A DNA stretch of 32,117 bases from an uncultured Candidatus Saccharibacteria bacterium (GCA_964520015.1 CAZFMA010000027.1:1-32117); one strand, 5' to 3'. Positions 6,360-15,004 are shown, counted from the first letter of the stretch. Notes: generated from the letters alone by a model not told the origin. A program made the numbers and translations.

Positions 6360-6402
6360 GTAAGAGCTTCTAAGCTCGTTCTACTCGCTAAGAATCTCTA
6401 AC

Positions 6403-7104
6403 ATGGCTGAAACAAGCGTACCACCTTCGTTTATACCCCATGACACGGGAGTCGTTACTCCTGTCTCGCGCAGAAGAAGCGCTGGGTTGAGTGACCTGCT
6501 CCTTCTGTGTGCGATCGTGCTTTTTGTTGCCTCGGCCGCTCTCGCGGGCGGAGTCTTTTTGTACCAACAATTTCTTGCAGCTGAGAGTGCCTCCAAATTA
6601 TCTCAACTTGAGCGTGCAAAAGCCGCCTTCCAGCCCTCTTTAATTCAGGAACTCACCCGCCTGGATGACAGGATGCATGCAGCAGACCGCATTTTGGGAT
6701 CTCACGTTGCGCCCACCGCCTTTTTCTCTGCACTGGAGAAAGCAACCTTAGAGACAATCTCCTTTCAATCGCTTGATTTTCAATCACCCGATCCGCAGCA
6801 CATGACGATCAAGATGGCAGGTATTGCACAAAGTGTAAACTCGATTGCCCTCCAAGCAGATTTGTTTAGCAAGAACGGAGTCATTGCAAGTCCCATTTTC
6901 TCCAGTATTGCTCGCCAATCCGACGGTGTTCATTTCAATCTCTCGGCAGTGCTGAATCCTCTCTCGATTAACTATGGAACACTCGTCACGACCCCCCTCG
7001 AAGGGGCTACACAAGATCAAGTGCTCCCCCTCGAGAACCCTGAGGCACCAGCCAATCTTTCACCATTTGATGCGCCTGCTGGAGCGAAGGCTCCTCAAAA
7101 CTAA
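6403..7104 (+). CDS. PilN-like pilus assembly membrane protein
   Basis: One N-terminal TM helix (LLLLCAIVLFVASAALAGGVFLY) followed by a coiled-coil region. It sits between pilM and the pilO-like gene. Confidence 0.6.
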   Translation: MAETSVPPSFIPHDTGVVTPVSRRRSAGLSDLLLLCAIVLFVASAALAGGVFLYQQFLAAESASKLSQLERAKAAFQPSLIQELTRLDDRMHAADRILGSHVAPTAFFSALEKATLETISFQSLDFQSPDPQHMTIKMAGIAQSVNSIALQADLFSKNGVIASPIFSSIARQSDGVHFNLSAVLNPLSINYGTLVTTPLEGATQDQVLPLENPEAPANLSPFDAPAGAKAPQN

Positions 7105-7106
7105 TT

Positions 7107-7694
7107 ATGATACGGCTCATCATTACAATGATTGCAGTCTCTCTCGCGGGAGGTGTGTTTTTCTGGTATACAAAACCTGCGTACGACACGGTACAAGAGA
7201 CGCGGGCGCAGATTGCACAGTATGATGCTGCACTCAATAAGGCCGCTGAACTGCAAAAAATCAAGCAAGAGCTTCTTTCGCGATTCAATGCGTTCAAGCC
7301 CGAAGAGTTGAATCGCTTACATAAATTGTTGCCTGACCACGTCGACAACGTTCGTCTCATTCTCGATTTAGACAATCTCGCCGGACGCTTCGGTCTCGCA
7401 CTTCAAAATGTCGATGTCTCAAGCTCGGCAAGCGTCGATACAAAAAGTCAGACTGTCGTGGGTGCAATCGGCGCATCAAATCAAAAATATGATTCTTTGA
7501 CCCTTACATTCGGGACGCGGGCTACCTACAAGAATTTTGTTGATTTTTTGAGAGATCTGGAGTCAAGTCTGCGCATTGTGGACTTGGTGTCTCTTTCTAT
7601 TGCTCCCGAATCCGGAGTTACATCATCCTCGGTCAAGGGCGCCGAGCCGCAATACAGTTACAAGATTACCCTCCGGACGTATTGGCTTAAATAA
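7107..7694 (+). CDS. PilO-like pilus assembly membrane protein
   Basis: N-terminal TM helix, then a coiled coil, then a C-terminal domain. 2-nt gap to the upstream gene. Confidence 0.6.
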   Translation: MIRLIITMIAVSLAGGVFFWYTKPAYDTVQETRAQIAQYDAALNKAAELQKIKQELLSRFNAFKPEELNRLHKLLPDHVDNVRLILDLDNLAGRFGLALQNVDVSSSASVDTKSQTVVGAIGASNQKYDSLTLTFGTRATYKNFVDFLRDLESSLRIVDLVSLSIAPESGVTSSSVKGAEPQYSYKITLRTYWLK

Positions 7695-7695
7695 T

Positions 7696-8055
7696 ATGAT
7701 GCAAGGAATTTTACATCGCAAGTGGATATTGATAGTCATCGCTCTTCTTATTGCAGGCGGCACATGGTATGGATTGTCATCCTCGCCTTCCTCATCCTCA
7801 GATTTGGTTTCGACCCCCGTTGCATCTCTCGCTAATCCCGCAGAGCAGGGACTCATCGCAACATTGCTTACACTTCGTGCGGTCAAACTTGACGGAACAA
7901 TCCTAACCGATCCCATATTCATGAGTCTCAGGGATTTTTCTACGGAGATTGTTGAAGAGCCCGTTGGTCGCGAGAATCCTTTTGCGCCACTCTCACTGCC
8001 ATCTTCAGCGTCCGCGAGCAGTACCAAGGCAGCTCAAATTTTTAAACCCCTCTAA
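7696..8055 (+). CDS. Small single-pass membrane protein of the pilus operon
   Basis: Internal ATG 7696 gives MMQGILHRKWILIVIALLIAGG with a TM helix, 1 nt after the preceding stop. The longer ORF-track start overlaps the previous gene. Confidence 0.5.
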   Translation: MMQGILHRKWILIVIALLIAGGTWYGLSSSPSSSSDLVSTPVASLANPAEQGLIATLLTLRAVKLDGTILTDPIFMSLRDFSTEIVEEPVGRENPFAPLSLPSSASASSTKAAQIFKPL

Positions 8056-8063
8056 ATGCTATG

Positions 8064-8197
8064 CCCAGCAGCACAATTTGGCATTGCCTTGGTTGCGGTT
8101 ATGATCATGGGAGTCGGATCAACCTCGATATCCGTAATTTTCGTATGAAAACAAAAATAACAAGCGGCAGAAACGATGCCAAATTGTACTAGCGGGG
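8064..8197. mobile_element. Family-2 inverted-repeat element, copy A
   Basis: ACAATTTGGCAT (8073-8084) and ATGCCAAATTGT (8176-8187) with a 91-nt spacer and CCC/GGGG outer ends. TATG is repeated at 8060-8063 and 8198-8201, and the right copy contains the pilB ATG. Confidence 0.6.
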
Positions 8198-8198
8198 T

Positions 8199-9968
8199 AT
8201 GCCGGCAGAGGGAACAATAACAACTGTTGCACCACATGCAGGAGATGCAGCCGGCGTCCCCATTCGCTCCCTTGGGGATACCAAGATTCCGTTCGAGACT
8301 CTGCGGTACATTCCGGAAGAGTCGGCGATGCACTATCGGTTGGTGCCGATCGGCGCCTCAGAAGGAGTGCTTGAAATTGGAATGCTTGATCCCGAGGATA
8401 TTCAGGGGATAGATGCGCTCAATTTTATTGCGCGTACCTCGGGGATGCCATTTAAGATTTTCCAGATTACCCAAGAAGATTTTGACAGGGTACTTGCTAT
8501 GTATCGCGGATTAGGAGGTGAAGTCGAGCAGGCAGTCACTGAGCTTGAGTCCGAAGCGAAAATGGAGAAAGGTAAGGGTCGCGAGAGCGCAGCTGGTGAG
8601 AGTGCGCCACTTGATCTTGAAGATCCTTCCATTGGGAAAGGGAAGGGATTAGGAATGGCAAAGATCCATGAAGATGCGCCCACAATCAAAATTGTTTCCA
8701 CGATTTTGCGCTACGCTGTCGAGGGTAGGGCATCTGATGTGCATATCGAGCCACAACCCAACGGCGTGCGGGTGCGCTACCGAGTGGATGGTGATCTGCA
8801 TACAAGCGTGGTTCTTCCCCTCAACACTCATCGCGCGCTTGTCGCGCGCGTAAAGGTCTTGGCAAGCATTCGGCTCGACGAAATGCGCAAACCGCAAGAT
8901 GGACGCTTTTCGGCGACAATCGATAATCGTCAGATCGACTTCCGCGTTTCGACATTTCCTTCATATAACGGTGAAAAAGTGGTGATCCGTATTCTTGATC
9001 GAGAACAGGGTTTTATCCCTCTTGATCGAATCGGTCTTACACCGCGCAATCTGACGCTTCTCAGGAATGCAGTAAAGCAGCCACACGGCCTTGTTTTGAT
9101 ATCAGGACCTACCGGATCCGGGAAATCGACAACACTCTACTCAATGCTCACCGAGGTTGATCGCGAGCACAAAAACGTTGTGTCTCTTGAGGACCCAATC
9201 GAATACTACGTTGATGGAGTAATTCAATCGCAGGTACATCCCGAAATTGGATATACCTTTGCCAACGGCTTACGCACAACGCTGCGCCAAGACCCGGATG
9301 TCATCATGGTGGGTGAAATACGCGACGGCGAAACGGCAAAGCTCGCGATTCAGGCGGCGCTCACTGGTCACCTGGTGCTTTCTACCATTCACACCAATGA
9401 CGCGGTGGGAGTGATACCCCGCCTCATTGACATGGGTGTCGAGCCGTATCTCATTCCTCCTGTTCTCATTCTTTCAATTGCGCAGCGCCTTTTGCGCACG
9501 TTTTGTGAGGACGGAGGCGCACAAGAAATCTCCATCGGCGCATCCGAACGAAAACGCATTGAAGAGCGGCTCTCCACTCTTCCCGAGCAGTATCGTTTCA
9601 AAATACCGGATACAGCGTATGAAGCGACACGCACGCCGACGTGTCCTACAGGCCTCAAGGGTCGCATGGCCGTTTTTGAGGTATTGGAAATGTCGCCGGC
9701 AATTGAGCAAATTATTCTCGAAAATCCCGTGGATTCGCGCATCTGGAAGGCTGCGCGCGAACAGGGAATGCTCACCATGCAGGAGGATGCTATGCTGAAA
9801 GCGTTTGAAAAGCATGTGCCGTTATCCGAAGTAAATACCCTCAGTACGCTATTACTTGCGGAAGAGGAAGAGGAAGAGAAAGAAACAAAAAACGAAATTG
9901 ATTCAGGAGCGGAGCCAGGAACCCCAGCCCCGCCTAAAACTGAAAACACGTCCGTTGAGGCCCGTTAG
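8199..9968 (+). CDS. pilB: Type IV pilus assembly ATPase PilB (GspE family)
   Basis: Walker A SGPTGSGKSTT, the GspE-family Asp/His boxes, and an N-terminal GspE_N-like region. The stop codon TAG lies inside the left arm of family-1 copy 3. Confidence 0.9.
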   Translation: MPAEGTITTVAPHAGDAAGVPIRSLGDTKIPFETLRYIPEESAMHYRLVPIGASEGVLEIGMLDPEDIQGIDALNFIARTSGMPFKIFQITQEDFDRVLAMYRGLGGEVEQAVTELESEAKMEKGKGRESAAGESAPLDLEDPSIGKGKGLGMAKIHEDAPTIKIVSTILRYAVEGRASDVHIEPQPNGVRVRYRVDGDLHTSVVLPLNTHRALVARVKVLASIRLDEMRKPQDGRFSATIDNRQIDFRVSTFPSYNGEKVVIRILDREQGFIPLDRIGLTPRNLTLLRNAVKQPHGLVLISGPTGSGKSTTLYSMLTEVDREHKNVVSLEDPIEYYVDGVIQSQVHPEIGYTFANGLRTTLRQDPDVIMVGEIRDGETAKLAIQAALTGHLVLSTIHTNDAVGVIPRLIDMGVEPYLIPPVLILSIAQRLLRTFCEDGGAQEISIGASERKRIEERLSTLPEQYRFKIPDTAYEATRTPTCPTGLKGRMAVFEVLEMSPAIEQIILENPVDSRIWKAAREQGMLTMQEDAMLKAFEKHVPLSEVNTLSTLLLAEEEEEEKETKNEIDSGAEPGTPAPPKTENTSVEAR

Positions 9969-10034
9969 AGGCTTCGTGTATTGAAAACAAAAGATCCTAT
10001 GAACCAAGACAAAAATAAAGAGGCCTCTAACGGG
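9961..10034. mobile_element. Family-1 palindromic-terminus element, copy 3
   Basis: CCCGTTAGAGGC (9961-9972) and GCCTCTAACGGG (10023-10034) around a 50-nt core. Compared with copy 2, the arm change A to G is matched by T to C. The core shares TTCG.G.ATTGAAAA with copy 2. Confidence 0.6.
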
Positions 10035-10436
10035 GTGAATGATACATCCCACAAAGGAACAGTTCTCTTGCTCGATGATGATAAGTTTCTCTTGGATATG
10101 TATATTGCGAAATTTACCGCCGCAGGATTTGTCGTTGAAGCATGCTTATCGAGTACAATCGCCCTCACAACTCTGCGAAGCGGTTTAGAGCCCACGGTGA
10201 TCCTTTTTGATATTACGATGCCAGAATTAGACGGACTCTCCTTCTTAAGAACACTCTCCAGTGAAAAATTGGCACCGAATGCACTCAAAATTGCTCTCTC
10301 AAATCAGGATAATGAAGCAGAAAAGACAGAGGCACTCAAATTGGGGGCAGCGCGTTATATTATAAAAGCGAGCATGATTCCTTCTGAAGTTGTCACTGCC
10401 GTTGAAGAAGAGCTCGCTCACAGTCAATCACACTAG
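9999..10436 (+). CDS. Stand-alone response-regulator receiver domain (CheY-like)
   Basis: VLLLDDD, FDITMPELDG and a conserved Lys region. The start is uncertain: TTG 9981, ATG 9999 (both inside the element) or GTG 10035 at the element edge. Confidence 0.75.
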   Translation: MNQDKNKEASNGVNDTSHKGTVLLLDDDKFLLDMYIAKFTAAGFVVEACLSSTIALTTLRSGLEPTVILFDITMPELDGLSFLRTLSSEKLAPNALKIALSNQDNEAEKTEALKLGAARYIIKASMIPSEVVTAVEEELAHSQSH

Positions 10437-10466
10437 CCGCTCAGTGAGCGCACCCCGCGTGATACA

Positions 10467-11555
10467 ATGAAAGAGCAATTGTCACCTCGTATGAACGACT
10501 ATCAAGCACTTTTCAGAAAATATGTAAACGTTTTGGCGCACGAAGGAGGTTCGGACTTGCATTTCTCGACGGGCGCACATCCCACCATTCGTGTTGCGGG
10601 TTCTCTTGTTTCGATGCTCAAAGAGGATATCCTCACACCTGAAGACACTCGTGGATTCCTGCGCGCCCTCATTTCACCCGAACAGGAAAAAGCTTTTCTT
10701 GAAAAACAGGAGATAGATTTTGCATATGAAAGTCCCGATACTATACGCTTTCGCGGCAATGCATTTTTCCAACGCGGAGCAGTAGGAATTGCTTTGCGCC
10801 TCATTCCACGGAAGATCTTAACGATTCAAGAACTCAACCTTCCCGATGTATTGCTCTCATTTGCTCGAAAGGCGCAAGGATTCTTTTTGGTCGTAGGGCC
10901 CGTGGGGCAGGGGAAAACGACGACACTCGCAGCTCTCATAGAATTGATCAACACTGAACGGATGGAACACATCATCACGATTGAAGATCCTATTGAGTAC
11001 ATCTTTGAGCCGAAACAATCACTCGTTGATCAGCGCGAAGTGGGAATTGATACAAAAGATTTTGCCTCAGCGCTCCTCTCGGCATTTCGTGAAGATGTCG
11101 ATGTACTTTTGGTAGGAGAGATGCGCGGACCGGAAACAATGGCGGCGGCGGTGACCGCTGCTGAGACGGGGCATCTTGTGTTATCAACTCTGCACACCAA
11201 CAACGCCGCACAAACCATTGATCGAATCATTGACACCTTTCCAGGAGGTCAGCAAGATCAAATACGACTGCAGCTTGCCTCGTCACTTGCGGGGATTTTC
11301 TCGCAACGTCTTATTCCTCGGATTTCAGGCGGCCTCATTCCTGCGTATGAACTTCTCATCAATAACAAAGCGGTTGCGAACCTGATTCGTGAAAAGCGCA
11401 CACACGAGCTTAATACAGTGATTGAGACGGGTTCTACTGAAGGGATGATCGATATGAATCGCTCACTTGCCGAATTGGTCGCACGCGGAGAAATCACGCC
11501 TGAGAGCGCGTATCAATATTCATTGAATCCCAATGTACTGCAGAAACTTCTCTAA
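10467..11555 (+). CDS. pilT: Twitching-motility/retraction ATPase PilT
   Basis: Walker A GPVGQGKTTT, the LVGEMRG Walker B region, and PilT-family length. The second ATG at 10491 is an alternative start. Confidence 0.9.
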   Translation: MKEQLSPRMNDYQALFRKYVNVLAHEGGSDLHFSTGAHPTIRVAGSLVSMLKEDILTPEDTRGFLRALISPEQEKAFLEKQEIDFAYESPDTIRFRGNAFFQRGAVGIALRLIPRKILTIQELNLPDVLLSFARKAQGFFLVVGPVGQGKTTTLAALIELINTERMEHIITIEDPIEYIFEPKQSLVDQREVGIDTKDFASALLSAFREDVDVLLVGEMRGPETMAAAVTAAETGHLVLSTLHTNNAAQTIDRIIDTFPGGQQDQIRLQLASSLAGIFSQRLIPRISGGLIPAYELLINNKAVANLIREKRTHELNTVIETGSTEGMIDMNRSLAELVARGEITPESAYQYSLNPNVLQKLL

Positions 11556-11557
11556 GT

Positions 11558-12766
11558 ATGGCGTTGTTTAAATATTCGGCGTTGGATGAGCAGGGAAATG
11601 AGCGACACGGCACGATTGATGCTGTCAACATGGATATCGCAATTGCTGCCCTGCAGCGACGCGGACTCGTTCTATCCGGCATTGACCCCGCAGAGAGTTC
11701 ATCGCTCTTCGGAAAGCGAATCGCTCTTTTCGATCGTGTCACCAACGCGGATGTTGTGATGCTTTCGCGTCAGGTGACAACGCTCTTCGAAGCGCAGGTG
11801 TCTGCCTTGCGGGCCTTTCGACTGCTGGCGGCAGAGGCGCGAACTCCTGCTTTGGGAGAGAAACTGACCGCAGTCGGTAACGATCTGCAGAGCGGAAGCT
11901 CAATTTCCGCCGCCTTGAGCAAGCACCCGGAAGTCTTCTCGGCATTTTATGTAAATATGGTGCGCGCCGGAGAGGAATCGGGAAAACTCGATGAAACGTT
12001 TGCCTTTCTCGCTGATTACCTTGATCGCAACTACGAGCTCAACCAAAAAGCCCGCAATGCGCTCGTCTACCCGGCGTTCATCATGCTCACCTTTATTGTC
12101 GTGATGGTGCTCATGATGACGCTCGTCATTCCAAACCTCGCAAACATGCTCTCCGAGGTCGGGCAGGATATACCGGTCTATACAAAAATCGTGATCGGCA
12201 TGTCCCAATTCATTTCACGGTACATTCTACTGATCATCATATTATTAGTTATAGGAGGGTTTTTCCTTTTCCGATTCTCTCGCACAAAAGCGGGAGGCGA
12301 AATGCTCTCACGAGCACGCCTCGAAACCCCCGCAATAGGCGGTATTTATAAGAAGATTTTTCTTTCGCGTCTAGCGGACAACCTCTCGACCATGCTTCGA
12401 AGCGGTATCCAGGTATTGCGTGGTTTGGAGATCACCGGCTCTGTCGTGGGAGATCCTGTCTATCAAAAAATCCTTGCAGAGACTGCCTCCGATGTAAAGG
12501 GCGGACTTCCACTCTCTGAAGCGTTTCGCAAACATCCGGAGATTCCGGGAATCGTTGTTGCAATGGTCAAGATCGGAGAAGAAACGGGTAACATGGGGAA
12601 AATTCTAGAAACCATGGCTCGATTTTATCGCCGTGAAGTCAATAACGCAGTTGACACCTTAGTCGGACTCATCGAACCACTGATGATTGTGGTGCTTGCT
12701 CTTGGAGTTGCCATACTTTTGGCTTCCGTGCTTCTCCCTATCTACAACATTGCGTCCAGCTTTTAA
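11558..12766 (+). CDS. pilC: Type IV pilus platform protein PilC (GspF family)
   Basis: 402 aa with two GspF-type repeats and three TM regions. 2-nt gap after pilT. Confidence 0.9.
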   Translation: MALFKYSALDEQGNERHGTIDAVNMDIAIAALQRRGLVLSGIDPAESSSLFGKRIALFDRVTNADVVMLSRQVTTLFEAQVSALRAFRLLAAEARTPALGEKLTAVGNDLQSGSSISAALSKHPEVFSAFYVNMVRAGEESGKLDETFAFLADYLDRNYELNQKARNALVYPAFIMLTFIVVMVLMMTLVIPNLANMLSEVGQDIPVYTKIVIGMSQFISRYILLIIILLVIGGFFLFRFSRTKAGGEMLSRARLETPAIGGIYKKIFLSRLADNLSTMLRSGIQVLRGLEITGSVVGDPVYQKILAETASDVKGGLPLSEAFRKHPEIPGIVVAMVKIGEETGNMGKILETMARFYRREVNNAVDTLVGLIEPLMIVVLALGVAILLASVLLPIYNIASSF

Positions 12767-12780
12767 GCCCTCATACGCGC

Positions 12781-12792
12781 GGGGGGGGGGGG
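12781..12792 (+). repeat. G12 homopolymer in the pilC-pilin intergenic region
   Basis: Twelve consecutive G residues, read directly, about 183 nt upstream of the major pilin start. Confidence 0.95.
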
Positions 12793-12974
12793 TTCGCCTG
12801 CACGTACTCGGGGAGGCTACCCGTCTCGCATCGGCTTTCAGCCGACACTCGACCCGCCTAGGCGGGCGCGCTCGCGCACGGGGTTATCCACACGGGTACG
12901 GAAGGGGGTCTGAAGGGGGGTATACAATTGACTCCATATTATTGTCGATTTAATGGCTAAAGTAATCTTAATGT

Positions 12975-13436
12975 ATGATGAAGTCTTATAAGAGAGGTTT
13001 TACACTGATTGAACTTCTGGTCGTGATCGCGATCATCGGTATTCTTTCTTCGATCGTCTTGGCGTCTCTTAACAGCGCACGTCAAAAGGGTCGTGATGCT
13101 CGTCGCATTTCGGATGTAAAGCAGCTCCAACTCGCACTTGAACTCTTCTATGATGGAAACGGTCAATACGCGTCAACGACGGCTTCGCTTGTGACAGGTG
13201 GTTATATCGCTGCAATACCAACAGATCCTCAAACGAGCGCTGCCTACTCGTACGCAGCACTTCAGGGGAGCGCATCTTCTGTTGCGACCTGTGGTTCGTA
13301 CCACATTGGTGCGACACTTGAACAGACAACACATTCTGCTCTGTCGGCTGATGCCGATGCTGCCGCGGCTACAGCATGCACAGGTGGCGGCACTGACTTC
13401 GCTGGTACGGATCCTGTCTACGACGTGAAACCGTAG
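12975..13436 (+). CDS. Major type IV pilin (class III signal peptide)
   Basis: MMKSYKRG/FTLIELLVVIAIIG prepilin motif with Glu+5. 153 aa. Followed by a very strong hairpin. Confidence 0.9.
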   Translation: MMKSYKRGFTLIELLVVIAIIGILSSIVLASLNSARQKGRDARRISDVKQLQLALELFYDGNGQYASTTASLVTGGYIAAIPTDPQTSAAYSYAALQGSASSVATCGSYHIGATLEQTTHSALSADADAAAATACTGGGTDFAGTDPVYDVKP

Positions 13437-13456
13437 GAATTGTTTTTAGCGAGAAC

Positions 13457-13495
13457 AGCACAAAACCGTCAGCCCAGGGCTGACGGTTTTGTGCT
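13457..13495 (+). terminator. 18-bp perfect hairpin downstream of the major pilin gene
   Basis: AGCACAAAACCGTCAGCC-CAG-GGCTGACGGTTTTGTGCT. The 3' arm is U-rich, and there is no separate T-tract. Confidence 0.55.
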
Positions 13496-13582
13496 GCCAG
13501 CCCCGCACCCAACTCAAGTTTGCAAGATACTTACACATACAAACAAGAGCGTGAGAGGTGTGGTGCGGGGTATACTTCGGCA

Positions 13583-14425
13583 ATGATTCCGCTCACGTTT
13601 GGGCTCTTTGGTCTCATCATAGGGAGTTTCCTCAATGTGCTTATCATTCGACACGGTGTCCGCTCTCTCGGCGGCAGAAGCTCTTGCATGGCCTGCGGAG
13701 AGTCGCTCGCATGGTCCGAGATGATTCCTGTCCTCTCGTGGATCATCCTTCGCGGCTCGTGTCGTCACTGCAGGGCGCGCATCTCCGTTCAATACCCACT
13801 CGTCGAAGCTTTGACAGCTCTTTTGTTCGTACTTATCGGAGGCTCCGTATCAGCTGGCGCATATCCGGAAGCACTCCCCCTCGTTCTCGTCTATCTTGCA
13901 ATTGCGGCTTTTCTTGTTGCAATTACCGTATATGATTTTCGTCACACTATTATTCCTGATTCATGGGTGTATTCGTTTGCAACTCTTGCGCTTGTCTCGA
14001 CTGCATTAAACAATATCCCCCATGATAGCGTTGCGCTCCTCGGAGTTCTCTTTGCTGGTCCTCTTGCAGCGTCTCCGCTTTTTCTTCTCTGGCTTGTCTC
14101 TCGCGGACGATGGATGGGTTTGGGCGACGCCAAGCTTGCCCTCGGGATCGGCTGGCTTCTGGGTCCCTCTCTCGGGATCATCTCAGTCTTTTTTGCCTTC
14201 ATTATTGGCGCCATCGTATCTGTCGGCATTCTTATTCCGCTTCCGCATCTTATCCGCTTTTTTGGGCTAGCTTCTCTGGATAAGCTCCGCGGAGGGTTTA
14301 CAATGAGAAGCGAAATCCCATTTGGTCCGTTTCTCGTATGTAGCTGCATTATTATATGGCTCTCTCTTCTCTATCACGTAGACCTTCCGTATATCTTCGG
14401 GGATTTACTCTTATTGAGCTCTTAG
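13583..14425 (+). CDS. pilD: Prepilin peptidase / N-methyltransferase PilD
   Basis: MIPLTFGLFGLIIGSFLNV start, the Cys cluster CMACGESL...CRHCRARI, and a polytopic membrane region with GLGDAKL. Confidence 0.9.
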   Translation: MIPLTFGLFGLIIGSFLNVLIIRHGVRSLGGRSSCMACGESLAWSEMIPVLSWIILRGSCRHCRARISVQYPLVEALTALLFVLIGGSVSAGAYPEALPLVLVYLAIAAFLVAITVYDFRHTIIPDSWVYSFATLALVSTALNNIPHDSVALLGVLFAGPLAASPLFLLWLVSRGRWMGLGDAKLALGIGWLLGPSLGIISVFFAFIIGAIVSVGILIPLPHLIRFFGLASLDKLRGGFTMRSEIPFGPFLVCSCIIIWLSLLYHVDLPYIFGDLLLLSS

Positions 14426-15003
14426 TTGTAACCGCCATTATGGTGGTCATCACCTCAATCGTTCTGGTAAGTAGCGGCAGGTTTGGCGGTGTTGTGCAAC
14501 TTGAAAATCTTGCCTATGACGTAGCGCTCTCAGTCCGCCAAGCGCAAGTCTACGGCATATCGGTTGCCAGGTTCGGCACAGGCATATTTACCGCAGGTTA
14601 TGGAGTACATTTCGATATTTCAAGCCCCACCACCTATGCGCTTTTTGCCGACGCCTTGACCTCAAATGGTTTGTACGATTGCGCGAATCCTGTGAATCCG
14701 ACACCGGATAATTGCGAGTTGGTCCAGACAACAAGCATGATGGGCGGGCACAGTATCACCGGATTGTGCACGAAACCCCTCAATGGCCAGGAAAATTGTG
14801 GGGGTGTCACAAAAATCGACGTGGTCTTTATTCGTCCCGAGCCAGACGCGTGGATCAGTGTCGGAGATGTTTCGTGCATACTTCAAAACGGATCATGTCA
14901 GGGAGGTATGCGCGTCATCCTAACTTCACCGCGGGGGGACACGGCAAGTGTCGTGGTGGAGGCGAACGGACAAATTACCGTACGGCGCGGCGCGCAACAA
15001 TAG
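14356..15003 (+). CDS. Minor pilin / pseudopilin
   Basis: LRG/FTLIELLVV prepilin motif. The ATG start overlaps the pilD 3' end by 70 nt. Confidence 0.7.
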   Translation: MALSSLSRRPSVYLRGFTLIELLVVTAIMVVITSIVLVSSGRFGGVVQLENLAYDVALSVRQAQVYGISVARFGTGIFTAGYGVHFDISSPTTYALFADALTSNGLYDCANPVNPTPDNCELVQTTSMMGGHSITGLCTKPLNGQENCGGVTKIDVVFIRPEPDAWISVGDVSCILQNGSCQGGMRVILTSPRGDTASVVVEANGQITVRRGAQQ

Positions 15004-15004
15004 T

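Noticed and set aside
4936-8095. TTGGCAT followed by TTGC read as a sigma-54 (-24/-12) promoter
   Set aside because: The GG to GC spacing does not fit TGGCAC-N5-TTGC in any of the copies. The motif is better explained as the inner end of the family-2 inverted repeat.
1-10035. Repeated CCCGTTAGAAGC motif as a CRISPR array
   Set aside because: The copies occur as inverted pairs at three distant loci with irregular spacing. There are no direct-repeat/spacer periodicity and no cas genes.
12870-12925. Resemblance of CGCACGGGGTTATCC...GGGTACGGAAGGGGG to the c-di-GMP-I (GEMM) riboswitch core
   Set aside because: Only a loose by-eye similarity to GCACAGGGCAAACC...GGGACGCAAAGCC. I could not build the required P1/P2 helices, so I report it only as something to test with a covariance model.
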